A stretch of 37,091 bases of DNA from a virus (lineage: Duplodnaviria; Caudoviricetes), in IMG/VR virus record IMGVR_UViG_3300017548_000207, positions 1-37,091 of that record; one strand, 5' to 3'. The notes under the pieces were generated by a model. It did no database searches, was not told the DNA's origin, and saw only the letters and a program-made list of their open reading frames with translations. Positions 1 through 7,629 of this stretch are shown here, in pieces. Numbering within the stretch: the first letter of the stretch is position 1; the number at the start of each line of letters is the position of its first letter. A program made the position numbers and the translations under genes.

Positions 1-1029
1 TCATGTTCTGTCCCCGTTCCGTTCCATCGCTGCCCGTGACAGTTTCTTTCGATTCGCGCGCTTGCGATAATAGGCGACGGTCTGTGCGGACTGGTTGGTG
101 ATCGCCTGAATTTCTGCGTCCGTGCATCCAGCCTCGGCCAGCCTGATGATTGACAGCTTGCGCAGACCATGCAGTGAGAAGGGCCGGGCCCGGTCGCCCA
201 GATCGGTGCGCCATGCCCGGAAAGCCTTCTCGACCGAATCGTATCGCATGGGCTGGGTCAGGTTGCGCGGAATGACGTGCTGTCCGGCAACCGGCAGGCT
301 GGCGAGATAGGCGCGAAGCTCCTGCGGGCAGAATATCTCATAGCTCTCGTCGCCCTTCTCGTCGGTGACGGTCATCCATTCTCCGTGGAACTGATCGCGC
401 CGCATGACGATGGCCGCTGATGGGCGCTGTCCAGTGCCAAGGATCAGTTCAGCCGCGCTGCGGACGATCAGCGGGGCGTCTGGCAGCGCCTTCACCATCC
501 ATTCCGGCCAAGGCTCATATTCCCGCTGCTTCCCGTAGAGCGTCAGTCCCTCGGCTGGATTCGTGACGGCCCATTCAAGCTGGGTGCGCGCGAAGTTGAC
601 CAGGATCGAAACCATCTGCACCAGCATGTCAGCCTTGCGCGGCGTCTCCCCATACTTGACGTGCAGGTCGCGCAGCTTCTGCTTGGTGATGGTCGATACT
701 GCCTTGTCGGCGTTCGCTGACAGAATCCATTCAATCGTGTCATTGTAGGACTTCTGGGTGCGGGGCGCGAGCTTTCTGAACCCGGCGCTACCCCGATAGG
801 CCATGACCAGTTGCCGCCACGTTTCCTTTTTCGGCCTCTGAACTTCCTCGCTGGAGCCAGAGCGGATCGACCAATAGGCCCGGTCGAATTCCTCGCTGTC
901 CGGGTCGTCCGGCAGGGGGATGAACCGCTCTCGACGGCGCGCGCCCTCGAACCACGTCAGGCGGTAATACCAGCGAGCCTTGCCGCCGGTGCGCTTGAGC
1001 GTGACATAGGGTTTGCGCTGCTTCCTCAC
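1..1029 (-). CDS. int: Tyrosine recombinase / phage integrase
   Basis: 342 aa with catalytic motifs TGQR, HGLRK and C-terminal YY; N-terminal arm-binding-like region; GTG start overlaps the upstream gene stop (GTGA 1026-1029). Confidence 0.95.
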   Translation of the reverse strand: MRKQRKPYVTLKRTGGKARWYYRLTWFEGARRRERFIPLPDDPDSEEFDRAYWSIRSGSSEEVQRPKKETWRQLVMAYRGSAGFRKLAPRTQKSYNDTIEWILSANADKAVSTITKQKLRDLHVKYGETPRKADMLVQMVSILVNFARTQLEWAVTNPAEGLTLYGKQREYEPWPEWMVKALPDAPLIVRSAAELILGTGQRPSAAIVMRRDQFHGEWMTVTDEKGDESYEIFCPQELRAYLASLPVAGQHVIPRNLTQPMRYDSVEKAFRAWRTDLGDRARPFSLHGLRKLSIIRLAEAGCTDAEIQAITNQSAQTVAYYRKRANRKKLSRAAMERNGDRT

Positions 1030-1232
1030 AGGTCGAATTCCTCGCTGGGTTTGATCTTCGTGCCGCGCATGATGGCCTGCAACTCGGCAACATCCCAGCG
1101 CCCATGCCGAACCGCACAGGGTAGCGCCCCGGCATCGACCAGCTTGCGGAACTCTGCCGGCTGCATGTCCAGCAGGCGCGCGGCGGTTTTCTCGCTGGCG
1201 AACAGCGGCTGCATCGGCTCATGCCTCCCCAT
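1026..1232 (-). CDS. Excisionase-like small HTH DNA-binding protein
   Basis: AARLLDM...FRKLVDAGALP...RWDVAEL MerR/AlpA-like pattern; immediately upstream of and coupled to int; start may be the Met at about 1214. Confidence 0.75.
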   Translation of the reverse strand: MGRHEPMQPLFASEKTAARLLDMQPAEFRKLVDAGALPCAVRHGRWDVAELQAIMRGTKIKPSEEFDL

Positions 1233-1415
1233 CTACGCCTCCCTCTGTGCGGTGCGGCGGGCGGAACGCGGCTCATGTCGCCAGCCATGTTTCTCATCGA
1301 CGTGGCGGCAGTCACCGCAGAGAGGCGCGCCGCACAGGCTCATGCCGCAGTCCGTCCAGCACATGCCAGTGGTGGGCCTCCCGCAGCCTTCACATTTGCG
1401 CTCGACCGCCATCAC
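1233..1415 (-). CDS. Small Cys-rich (zinc-binding) hypothetical protein
   Basis: CxxC...CxxxC...C...CxxC in 60 aa; GGAG RBS; overlaps the previous gene stop. Confidence 0.65.
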   Translation of the reverse strand: MMAVERKCEGCGRPTTGMCWTDCGMSLCGAPLCGDCRHVDEKHGWRHEPRSARRTAQREA

Positions 1416-1681
1416 CCCTTCTCCCCCGTGCTGGACAGGGCGGCGCGGGCGGCCTGATATTCGGGAGTTTCCTCGGCTTTCCAGAAACCGGCATCGCCGC
1501 TATCAGCAACCGCCTTGTAGGCCCCCATGAGGCCCGACAGCGCCTCCCGCAGCCTCCGGTTTTCCTCGATCTGTGCGGTGATGAAGTCGGCGGCGCGGCG
1601 GGTTATCCTCCCTGTAGTCGTCCTGGCATCGTATGCCAGCAAAAGCTCCACCAGTTCCCGCGCTTTGTCGTGATGGGTCAT
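1412..1681 (-). CDS. Hypothetical phage early protein (coiled coil)
   Basis: Start chosen at MTHHDK after GGAGGAGG RBS, ATGA overlap with the upstream gene. Confidence 0.65.
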   Translation of the reverse strand: MTHHDKARELVELLLAYDARTTTGRITRRAADFITAQIEENRRLREALSGLMGAYKAVADSGDAGFWKAEETPEYQAARAALSSTGEKG

Positions 1682-2223
1682 TGGCTGGCCTCCTCCTCCA
1701 TGGTGACGAGGATGAATTGTCGACAATTACACATTGGGCCTCCACGATCCCCGTCGTCACAAAGATCAGCCGCCCGCTTCATCCCCTCCCGCACCTTCTC
1801 GCGGTCACGGGCTTCAAGGGCGGCGCGGGCGTCGGCGGGGGTGAGGAAGCGAATTGATCTTGCAGCAATTCGGCTGTTCAAGATGCTGTCGCGGCTATAT
1901 GCGTTTCCTTCGCTATGCCGCAGCCCTTCGCGTTCGCAATACTCCGTATTCTCCTCGATTTGCTTCAGGAATTCCTCGACGCGATTATCGTGCCATTGCG
2001 CTGCTGCCTCAAACGCAGCCGCGATGGCCTCGTCGCGCTCGTCTTCGGCTTTCTCGGCGCGTTCAAGGACCGCTTCCGTGGTCTTCTTGGACAAGTCCAG
2101 TAGAAGGGTCAGCCGCTCGATTTCGGCGCGGGCTTCGGCGAGGTCAAATTGATAAGAGGACGCGCCGCAGGTGCAATCGTGACCCAGACGATGTTCACAA
2201 TCGTTATCATGTGTGATCTGCAT
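1678..2223 (-). CDS. Hypothetical phage early protein (Cys/His N-terminus, coiled coils)
   Basis: 181-aa ORF, AGGAGG RBS, chained overlaps in the early-left operon. Confidence 0.7.
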   Translation of the reverse strand: MQITHDNDCEHRLGHDCTCGASSYQFDLAEARAEIERLTLLLDLSKKTTEAVLERAEKAEDERDEAIAAAFEAAAQWHDNRVEEFLKQIEENTEYCEREGLRHSEGNAYSRDSILNSRIAARSIRFLTPADARAALEARDREKVREGMKRAADLCDDGDRGGPMCNCRQFILVTMEEEASQ

Positions 2224-2734
2224 CGCTCCCTCCTTTCAGGGCGCGCAGGGCGGCGACTTCCAGCAGGAACGCTTCTGCCGCTGGCGAATATTGCTGCGCT
2301 TCGTTTGCAAGACGAGCTAGCGTCCTGCCTAAATTATCGTCACGTGAATATGCGTTAATCAGCACCTGCGCCGCCTCCGCGACCGTCTCGCTGGGCTGGG
2401 GCGGGATGCATTCATAGCATCCAAATCCTCCAACCGATCCACACCGCGAACATTCCCGCCCCTCGGGCTGCGGGGTTGGCGTCAGAGCGGAAGTGATGGC
2501 GTCAATGACTTCCTGCGTCTTTGCATCGATTTTCAGGAAGCGAAAAACCGCGTCAAAGACGACCCAAGGGCGGGCTTCCAGCGCCCGCACCTGCTGGCCC
2601 GAGGCGCAGAGGTCGGCGCGAATATAGGCCGGCCACCCGTCCCTCTTGTGCTTTTCCGGGTGCGCGAACCCTACTGCGCCGTTGTAGCTATCGGCGTCCA
2701 GCCAAATCCGCTCCGGCATTTCATCACTCGGCAT
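2207..2734 (-). CDS. Hypothetical mosaic phage early protein
   Basis: 175 aa; MPERIW...YIRADL start typical of phage early proteins; CxxC...CxxC patch; AGGAGG RBS. Confidence 0.7.
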   Translation of the reverse strand: MPSDEMPERIWLDADSYNGAVGFAHPEKHKRDGWPAYIRADLCASGQQVRALEARPWVVFDAVFRFLKIDAKTQEVIDAITSALTPTPQPEGRECSRCGSVGGFGCYECIPPQPSETVAEAAQVLINAYSRDDNLGRTLARLANEAQQYSPAAEAFLLEVAALRALKGGSDADHT

Positions 2735-3206
2735 CGCTGCCTCCTTCGGCTTCGGTGGTGGCGGGAGGCGCAGGCAAGGGTCGCCAATGAGTGGGCGGGT
2801 AAGCGCGATCTTCGGTCCGTCCGATCCACCCCTCGCAGCTTTCCCAGAATGGTTTCGGACACTTTGCGTATTCGTCCGTATTCCATTTCGCTACGCCGAT
2901 ATGACCCTTGCCGCCCCACATGGCCGGGCGGAACACCAAGATGTTCTGACCGAGTGGCGCCGTCTCTATCGGTTGCCACGCCTCTGCCTTGCGGCGGGCG
3001 CGGACCAAGCCGCCAGAGACAACCGCGTTCAGGATCGTGGCGATTGATCGATCCACCTCGCTCGGCTCGTAATCGCCAGCCCATATATCCTCCGCTGTCC
3101 ATGGGTCGTTCTGGGGCGTTGCGTTCCTGATCGCCGCGATGGCGCTATCCAGTTCTGCCGTGTCGATGGGGGTTTGCCCCGGCCTGCCGTGGGTGGATTG
3201 GGTCAT
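2724..3206 (-). CDS. DUF551-like domain protein
   Basis: WQPIETAP ... PTHWRPLP motifs; GGAG RBS. Confidence 0.8.
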   Translation of the reverse strand: MTQSTHGRPGQTPIDTAELDSAIAAIRNATPQNDPWTAEDIWAGDYEPSEVDRSIATILNAVVSGGLVRARRKAEAWQPIETAPLGQNILVFRPAMWGGKGHIGVAKWNTDEYAKCPKPFWESCEGWIGRTEDRAYPPTHWRPLPAPPATTEAEGGSDAE

Positions 3207-3332
3207 GGGGTTTTCTCCAACAGGTGCCGCAGGCGGTCCTGAATGCGCGGCGTGGTGTAGGGTTGGCCCCTGCGACGATGGGAGGACTTTGGGGGATCGC
3301 AGGGGCCGCCGGCGCGCTGCCAGCGCCGGATC

Positions 3333-3677
3333 TCATTCGGCTGCGATTGACTGCGGGAAACTCATCTGGAAGCGTCGCACGTCGGGCATGTCGAGGCCTC
3401 GGTCTACGGCAATTTCCTGCGCTTCGTGCTCGAACTCGTCGGTCACATCTTTGGCCCCGACCACCATGCTGCCAATGGTGTCCAGGCGGACTACGGCGAC
3501 AGGGTCCCCATCCTGTACGGCGTCAACGAAGCAAGTGAATGCAGCGTCAAAGGAGGACGCCACGTCCGAATTTCCGAGGCCAATTTGCAGGCGGTATTCC
3601 CTCCCGTTTCGGTCGCGGGTCACCACGTCGCCATAGTCGCGGATGATCAGGTAAAGGATGGTTGGAAGGCTCGCCAT
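3333..3677 (-). CDS. Hypothetical phage protein
   Basis: 114-aa ORF with protein-like composition, in operon with 3679-3900. Confidence 0.7.
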   Translation of the reverse strand: MASLPTILYLIIRDYGDVVTRDRNGREYRLQIGLGNSDVASSFDAAFTCFVDAVQDGDPVAVVRLDTIGSMVVGAKDVTDEFEHEAQEIAVDRGLDMPDVRRFQMSFPQSIAAE

Positions 3678-3678
3678 C

Positions 3679-3900
3679 TTACCACCCCCCTTCCTGTGCC
3701 AGCGCGATGCACTCGTGTGGTGTCAGGCCGCGGCACGCCGACAGCTCCATGGTGGCATTTCCAACAACGTCATTCAGGATCGGCCAGACCAGCCAGAGGC
3801 CGAAGAACAGCACGATCAGGATGGCGAACACCGTCAGGAATACATCGAAGCGGTGTTGGCGCGGTTCGGGCGGGCGCTGAAAGCGGGTGAAGTCGGTCAT
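3679..3900 (-). CDS. Small single-pass membrane protein, first gene of the early-left operon
   Basis: Hydrophobic segment FLTVFAILIVLFFGLWLVWPIL; GGAG RBS. Confidence 0.75.
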   Translation of the reverse strand: MTDFTRFQRPPEPRQHRFDVFLTVFAILIVLFFGLWLVWPILNDVVGNATMELSACRGLTPHECIALAQEGGW

Positions 3901-3949
3901 GGCGGGGTCTCCATCTCGGGAACCGGCGGCTCATATGTCGCGCCGGTGA

Positions 3950-3996
3950 GATGCAAAATGCATCACACCTCGATACGTGTCAATGCAAAATGTATC
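3950..3996 (-). promoter_or_regulatory. pL promoter (TTGACA-N17-CATTTT) overlapped by two 15-bp operators
   Basis: Minus-strand -35 at 3978-3983 and -10 at 3955-3960; operators GATGCAAAATGCATC (3950-3964) and AATGCAAAATGTATC (3982-3996). Confidence 0.75.
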
Positions 3997-4109
3997 GAAT
4001 GTATCGCCACCCCCGAATCAACATGCTATCCTCCCCCTGCCGGGGATCAGCGGAGTGGAGATGAAACACATGCTAGGCGAATCACGCGGCCACATGCTGA
4101 TCTGCTGCC

Positions 4110-4643
4110 ATGAGAGCTATCATCACTTCATTGGCTCTGGCCGTGGTCGGGTCTTTCATCGCTGGCGCGGGCGTGGTTATGGCAACGCCGTTGCTTCCGT
4201 CCGGGTCTCGACTTCTGGCGCTGGTGACTGCCGTGTATGAGGCAGCAGCCTTCCCTTGGGTCGTGGCTGGTGCGACCGGCCTTGTGATCGGCTTGTGGCT
4301 CGATAAGGTGTCTGCCGTCTTCGATGGCCGACACCCGATCACCAAAGCGGGTAAGGCGAAGGCTATCGCCGTTGAAGCATCGTTGCTTGGGATCGAGATT
4401 GAAAACAGCCTGTCCCCCATGTGGGGGACCCCTGCGCCTGACCCGACAGATTACGTGCGAGCCATTGCCATGTTCGGAAAGATTTCCGCTCTTGGCATCC
4501 CAACTCCATCACGAGGCCAGAAGGGGCAGAAGCCGGTGGAGGTGATGAGGACATACGCCGCTTTCCTGCGCCAGGTCTCCGTGCCTATGGAGGCGGGAAA
4601 CTTGGATCTGGCTCGGGCAGTCGCCCGGTCTTTCGTTCGGTAG
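4110..4643 (+). CDS. Accessory membrane protein (2 N-terminal hydrophobic segments plus soluble domain)
   Basis: 177 aa, oriented against the early operon, located between pL and cI. Confidence 0.7.
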   Translation: MRAIITSLALAVVGSFIAGAGVVMATPLLPSGSRLLALVTAVYEAAAFPWVVAGATGLVIGLWLDKVSAVFDGRHPITKAGKAKAIAVEASLLGIEIENSLSPMWGTPAPDPTDYVRAIAMFGKISALGIPTPSRGQKGQKPVEVMRTYAAFLRQVSVPMEAGNLDLARAVARSFVR

Positions 4644-4666
4644 CCAGCGCCGGGCTGCGGCGCAGC

Positions 4667-4691
4667 AAAAAGCCCGCCGGTGAGGGCGGGC
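4667..4691 (-). terminator. Intrinsic terminator
   Basis: GCCCGCC/GGCGGGC stem followed by T5 on the minus strand. Confidence 0.7.
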
Positions 4692-4701
4692 ATATGAGTC
4701 C

Positions 4702-4730
4702 GTGCTATCAATCCCGACCTGTGTTACAAT
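4702..4730 (+). promoter_or_regulatory. Extended -10 promoter for the 62-aa ORF
   Basis: TGnTACAAT at 4722-4730; GTGCTA 17 nt upstream of the -10. Confidence 0.55.
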
Positions 4731-4777
4731 GTATCATCCCGGCGGAATTCCCGCCGTGGTGTGATGGAGGACCTGTC

Positions 4778-4966
4778 ATGGTCCGCGAAAGGAAAATCCC
4801 GCAAACCGAGGCCCAGATGCTTCAAACTGCGGTGGATGCCATGGACAACGAGGGCGGCCCCGGCAACGCCACCGAAGTCAAACGCGAAAAGGAAAAGGCG
4901 GCGCAAGCGGCTCACGACGCCAAGGTCGATGCCTGGAACAAGGGCTACGAAGCCTTGGCCGACTAG
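4778..4966 (+). CDS. 62-aa charged hypothetical protein (moron)
   Basis: GGAGG RBS, ATG at 4778, own promoter and terminator. Confidence 0.75.
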   Translation: MVRERKIPQTEAQMLQTAVDAMDNEGGPGNATEVKREKEKAAQAAHDAKVDAWNKGYEALAD

Positions 4967-4988
4967 CGGTTTGCTCATGGGCAAGTCG

Positions 4989-5020
4989 GCGGCGGGGGAA
5001 ACCTCGCCGTTTTCGTTTTC
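4989..5020 (+). terminator. Intrinsic terminator
   Basis: GCGGCGGGG-GAAA-CCTCGCCGT followed by TTTCGTTTT. Confidence 0.75.
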
Positions 5021-5025
5021 GGGAT

Positions 5026-5050
5026 GAAGAAGCCCCGCCGGAGCGGGGCT
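5026..5050 (-). terminator. Probable terminator of the ATPase-TOPRIM gene
   Basis: AGCCCCGC/GCGGGGCT perfect stem just after the stop codon, followed by TCTTC on the minus strand. Confidence 0.6.
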
Positions 5051-5054
5051 GGGG

Positions 5055-6497
5055 TTACTGCTCAGATAGTCCGTCCTGAACGGGCGTGGCGCAGGATTCG
5101 ATCTCTGCGGATGTGGCACAGTTCTTTGCCCATGCTGATGCTAAGACTTGCCATAATATATCCCCGCCTACCGCAAGTTGATCCGCCGCTGTCTGAACCC
5201 AATCATGATGATTTTGAATGTTCATTGCGCGATTTAGTGAGTCGATAGTCTCAGAGAAGCCTCGCTGAATTCTCGTTGCCACATCCGGCCACTGCTTTTT
5301 ACTAAGCGCATCGAAAACCACCCTTTCAGGCGCGTCTTCTCCAGGAAGCGAGAGGCATCCGACCGCAGCAGGCTGGTCCCCGTCGAGAAAAACCAACGAT
5401 GGCCTTGGAAATCTCTTTTGCTGAACCATTTGACCCAAAGCTAAACCGACGGAGGCCGCCCCGAATGGTATTATCTTTGATCTGGTCAGAAGATCCCTGT
5501 CCTTTTGGACCAGGATCTCCGCGAGCATAACTTTCGCGCGCTCGTCTTCAACATATAGATCACACTCTGGGTGCTGTTCTTCGTCCATTCGCGTCATGGC
5601 AAATTCAGGGCTTACTCCAGTTACGACAGTCTTCCCAGAGCTTCCTTGCATCAGGTAGATGCGAGCCTCTGGCGGCAGTTCATCTAGAACGTAAGGTGAG
5701 TGTGTGGTCAGAACTATCTGCAACTCTTGCGCGGCTGCGATTCTTGCTAGGTCTCGTATTAACCTTCGCTGCGCGCGCGGATGCAGAGAGGTTTCCACTT
5801 CATCAACTAGGATAATACCGTATTTTGGGTAATCCACAGCGAGAAGCTCTGCAGCGGCAATTTCTCCTGCGCCTTGGTGAAACCCAGAATATCTAACGCT
5901 ATCAGTTCGCAGGACTGGGATTGGCTTGTCAGGTCCTGCGTCAGTAATTGATATGCCTGCTGAGGAATAATTTTTCCCAACTATCTGCGTCAAGCGTTGT
6001 AGTTTGTCAGCGTCGAATTCAGCCCATTTACCTTCGGTTACGCCGGATTTTAGAAGTTTTGCGTAACCCGTCCTTGCGCCAACGGGCTGTATCCTCCTCA
6101 GGTCAACATACTGAACAGGACGCTCTGGACGATCTGGATTTCCTCTCCAGCGGTTCGTAGGTTTTCTTACGTTCCCTGTTTGACTGTTCTGACCTTGCCG
6201 ATATGAATATCTTATGTTCGCAGCCGTTATCTTCTCGAATGGAGTGTCTGGAAAGAAATCAGACGCAAACCGGTCGTTTTCGGGGGCGCGGTATGCGGCG
6301 GCCGCGGCCTGGAGGACTGTGCTTTTCCCGCTTCCATTTTCTCCCACAATCGCAACGATTGGGAAGTTAAAATCGACGCGCTGGCCAGTCCAGCCTCTAA
6401 CACCGTTGATCTCAATCCATTCCAGCCGTTTCGGCCACCCTGCGCCAGTTCGCCACTTATTTTGCAGCCGCCTCATCTCAGTCGATAAAGAGTTCAT
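5055..6497 (-). CDS. OLD-like ATP-dependent nuclease (ABC ATPase + TOPRIM); candidate anti-phage gene
   Basis: Walker A GENGSGKS, signature-like HQGAGE, Walker B ILVDEVETSLHP, H-loop TTHS; TOPRIM YVEDE and FLDGD; visibly AT-richer than its flanks; GAGGTG RBS before ATG at 6497. Confidence 0.85.
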   Translation of the reverse strand: MNSLSTEMRRLQNKWRTGAGWPKRLEWIEINGVRGWTGQRVDFNFPIVAIVGENGSGKSTVLQAAAAAYRAPENDRFASDFFPDTPFEKITAANIRYSYRQGQNSQTGNVRKPTNRWRGNPDRPERPVQYVDLRRIQPVGARTGYAKLLKSGVTEGKWAEFDADKLQRLTQIVGKNYSSAGISITDAGPDKPIPVLRTDSVRYSGFHQGAGEIAAAELLAVDYPKYGIILVDEVETSLHPRAQRRLIRDLARIAAAQELQIVLTTHSPYVLDELPPEARIYLMQGSSGKTVVTGVSPEFAMTRMDEEQHPECDLYVEDERAKVMLAEILVQKDRDLLTRSKIIPFGAASVGLALGQMVQQKRFPRPSLVFLDGDQPAAVGCLSLPGEDAPERVVFDALSKKQWPDVATRIQRGFSETIDSLNRAMNIQNHHDWVQTAADQLAVGGDILWQVLASAWAKNCATSAEIESCATPVQDGLSEQ

Positions 6498-6524
6498 GCG
6501 CCACCTCAACCCGGTTCTGTGGTC

Positions 6525-6554
6525 AGTCTAGCGCCGGGGGCTCGCGGCATTCAA
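6525..6554 (-). promoter_or_regulatory. Sigma70-like promoter of the ATPase-TOPRIM gene
   Basis: TTGAAT-N18-TAGACT on the minus strand. Confidence 0.5.
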
Positions 6555-6624
6555 GTGATTCATGCGCCGCATCATGCCGCCCCGGACCTTGGATCGCTAC
6601 CTATTCCTCACCCTCTCCGCCGCC

Positions 6625-6846
6625 TCACTCCCAATCCCTCAACATATCCGCCCAGTCACACAGCATCCGCTCGGCGCCGAAATCGCCCTGGCGGTGCCGT
6701 TCCTCGGCGGCCGCCAGCAGCAGGAAGGGCAGGGCCTTCATCTCCACGGAACCCGGGTTCTCGACCAAGCTGCGCACCAGTCCCAGCACTATGCGCGCCG
6801 CTATCGCGACCTGCTCGGCGTCCTCGTAGTCATCGGGGCGGGGCAT
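6625..6846 (-). CDS. 73-aa helical hypothetical protein downstream of cI
   Basis: GAGGAG RBS; helical amphipathic sequence. Confidence 0.7.
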   Translation of the reverse strand: MPRPDDYEDAEQVAIAARIVLGLVRSLVENPGSVEMKALPFLLLAAAEERHRQGDFGAERMLCDWADMLRDWE

Positions 6847-6973
6847 GCTGCTTCTCCTCTACTATCCCTCTAGCCACCTCCCCCTAACCCACAGAATATC
6901 CACAGATTCATCCCCTGCTTTCTGGTTGACACCCCGAGTCAGGCGCTTGATCGGCGGATGGGGTATTGTGCGG

Positions 6974-7555
6974 TTAACCTCGTTTAACCCACTGGATGGC
7001 AGCAACCCAATCTGGTGTCAGATCGTGCATGGGAGGGGCATTCCAGCTCTCCAATGTGACGCGACCATTTGGCTGCAAGCGAACAATTTTCACAAACCTA
7101 CGGCCATCGGGCAGCGCAACCACACATTCCTGCCCGCTCGCCTTGGTGAGCGCGGTGTGTTCATCATAAACCAACACATCCCCGTCCATGTATCGCGGAT
7201 ACATACTGTCACCACGGACCCTGACCGCTACGGCGCCAGGTCCAATGCCGGGAGGCGGGTCGATTTCATCCAAGGCACCGCCATCGTCTAGAGCAAACAC
7301 CTCAGCCCCAGCCCCCACATACCCCACAAGTGGAACCGGCTTTACTGCCCCGTCTCCGGTACCGAGAAACAGCCATTCCGGAGATACCCTGAAAGCGCGT
7401 GCGTATCGTTCGGCGCCTTTCCTAGTGAAGTTTCTGGACCCGTTTTCGTGAGATCGGTAGGTCGGTTCTGTCCAGCCAAAGCGCCGTGCGGCTTCGGCGG
7501 CATCTTTGTATCCAGCTCTCTCCCGGGCTGCTCTTAGTCGCTCATGTGGTTCCAT
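6974..7555 (-). CDS. cI: CI-like repressor (XRE HTH + S24 autopeptidase)
   Basis: HTH ...YRSHENG; VGAG cleavage-site-like motif; catalytic GDSM Ser and FVK Lys; start placed at MEPHER. Confidence 0.92.
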   Translation of the reverse strand: MEPHERLRAARERAGYKDAAEAARRFGWTEPTYRSHENGSRNFTRKGAERYARAFRVSPEWLFLGTGDGAVKPVPLVGYVGAGAEVFALDDGGALDEIDPPPGIGPGAVAVRVRGDSMYPRYMDGDVLVYDEHTALTKASGQECVVALPDGRRFVKIVRLQPNGRVTLESWNAPPMHDLTPDWVAAIQWVKRG

Positions 7556-7559
7556 GGGC

Positions 7560-7627
7560 GATACATTTAGCGCCTTACGTGATGCAATTGGCATTGACTT
7601 CGCTCTTTTTGCAATACATATTGCATC
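7560..7627 (+). promoter_or_regulatory. pR promoter (TTGACT-N17-CATATT) with OR operators
   Basis: -35 at 7594-7599, -10 at 7617-7622; AATACATATTGCATC (7613-7627), GATGCAATTGGCATT (7581-7595), half-site GATACA (7560-7565). Confidence 0.75.
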
Positions 7628-7629
7628 GC

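Noticed and set aside
4061-4240. Alternative ORF MKHMLGES... with a GGAG upstream
   Set aside because: Overlaps the better 4110-4643 membrane-protein ORF out of frame and lacks protein-like features; cannot be excluded as a regulatory uORF
5055-6625. Retron or Gabija system
   Set aside because: No reverse transcriptase, recognisable msr-msd or UvrD partner adjacent to the ATPase-TOPRIM
6886-6906. DnaA-box-like ATATCCACA and AACCCACAG downstream of cI
   Set aside because: Imperfect matches, only one close to consensus; insufficient support
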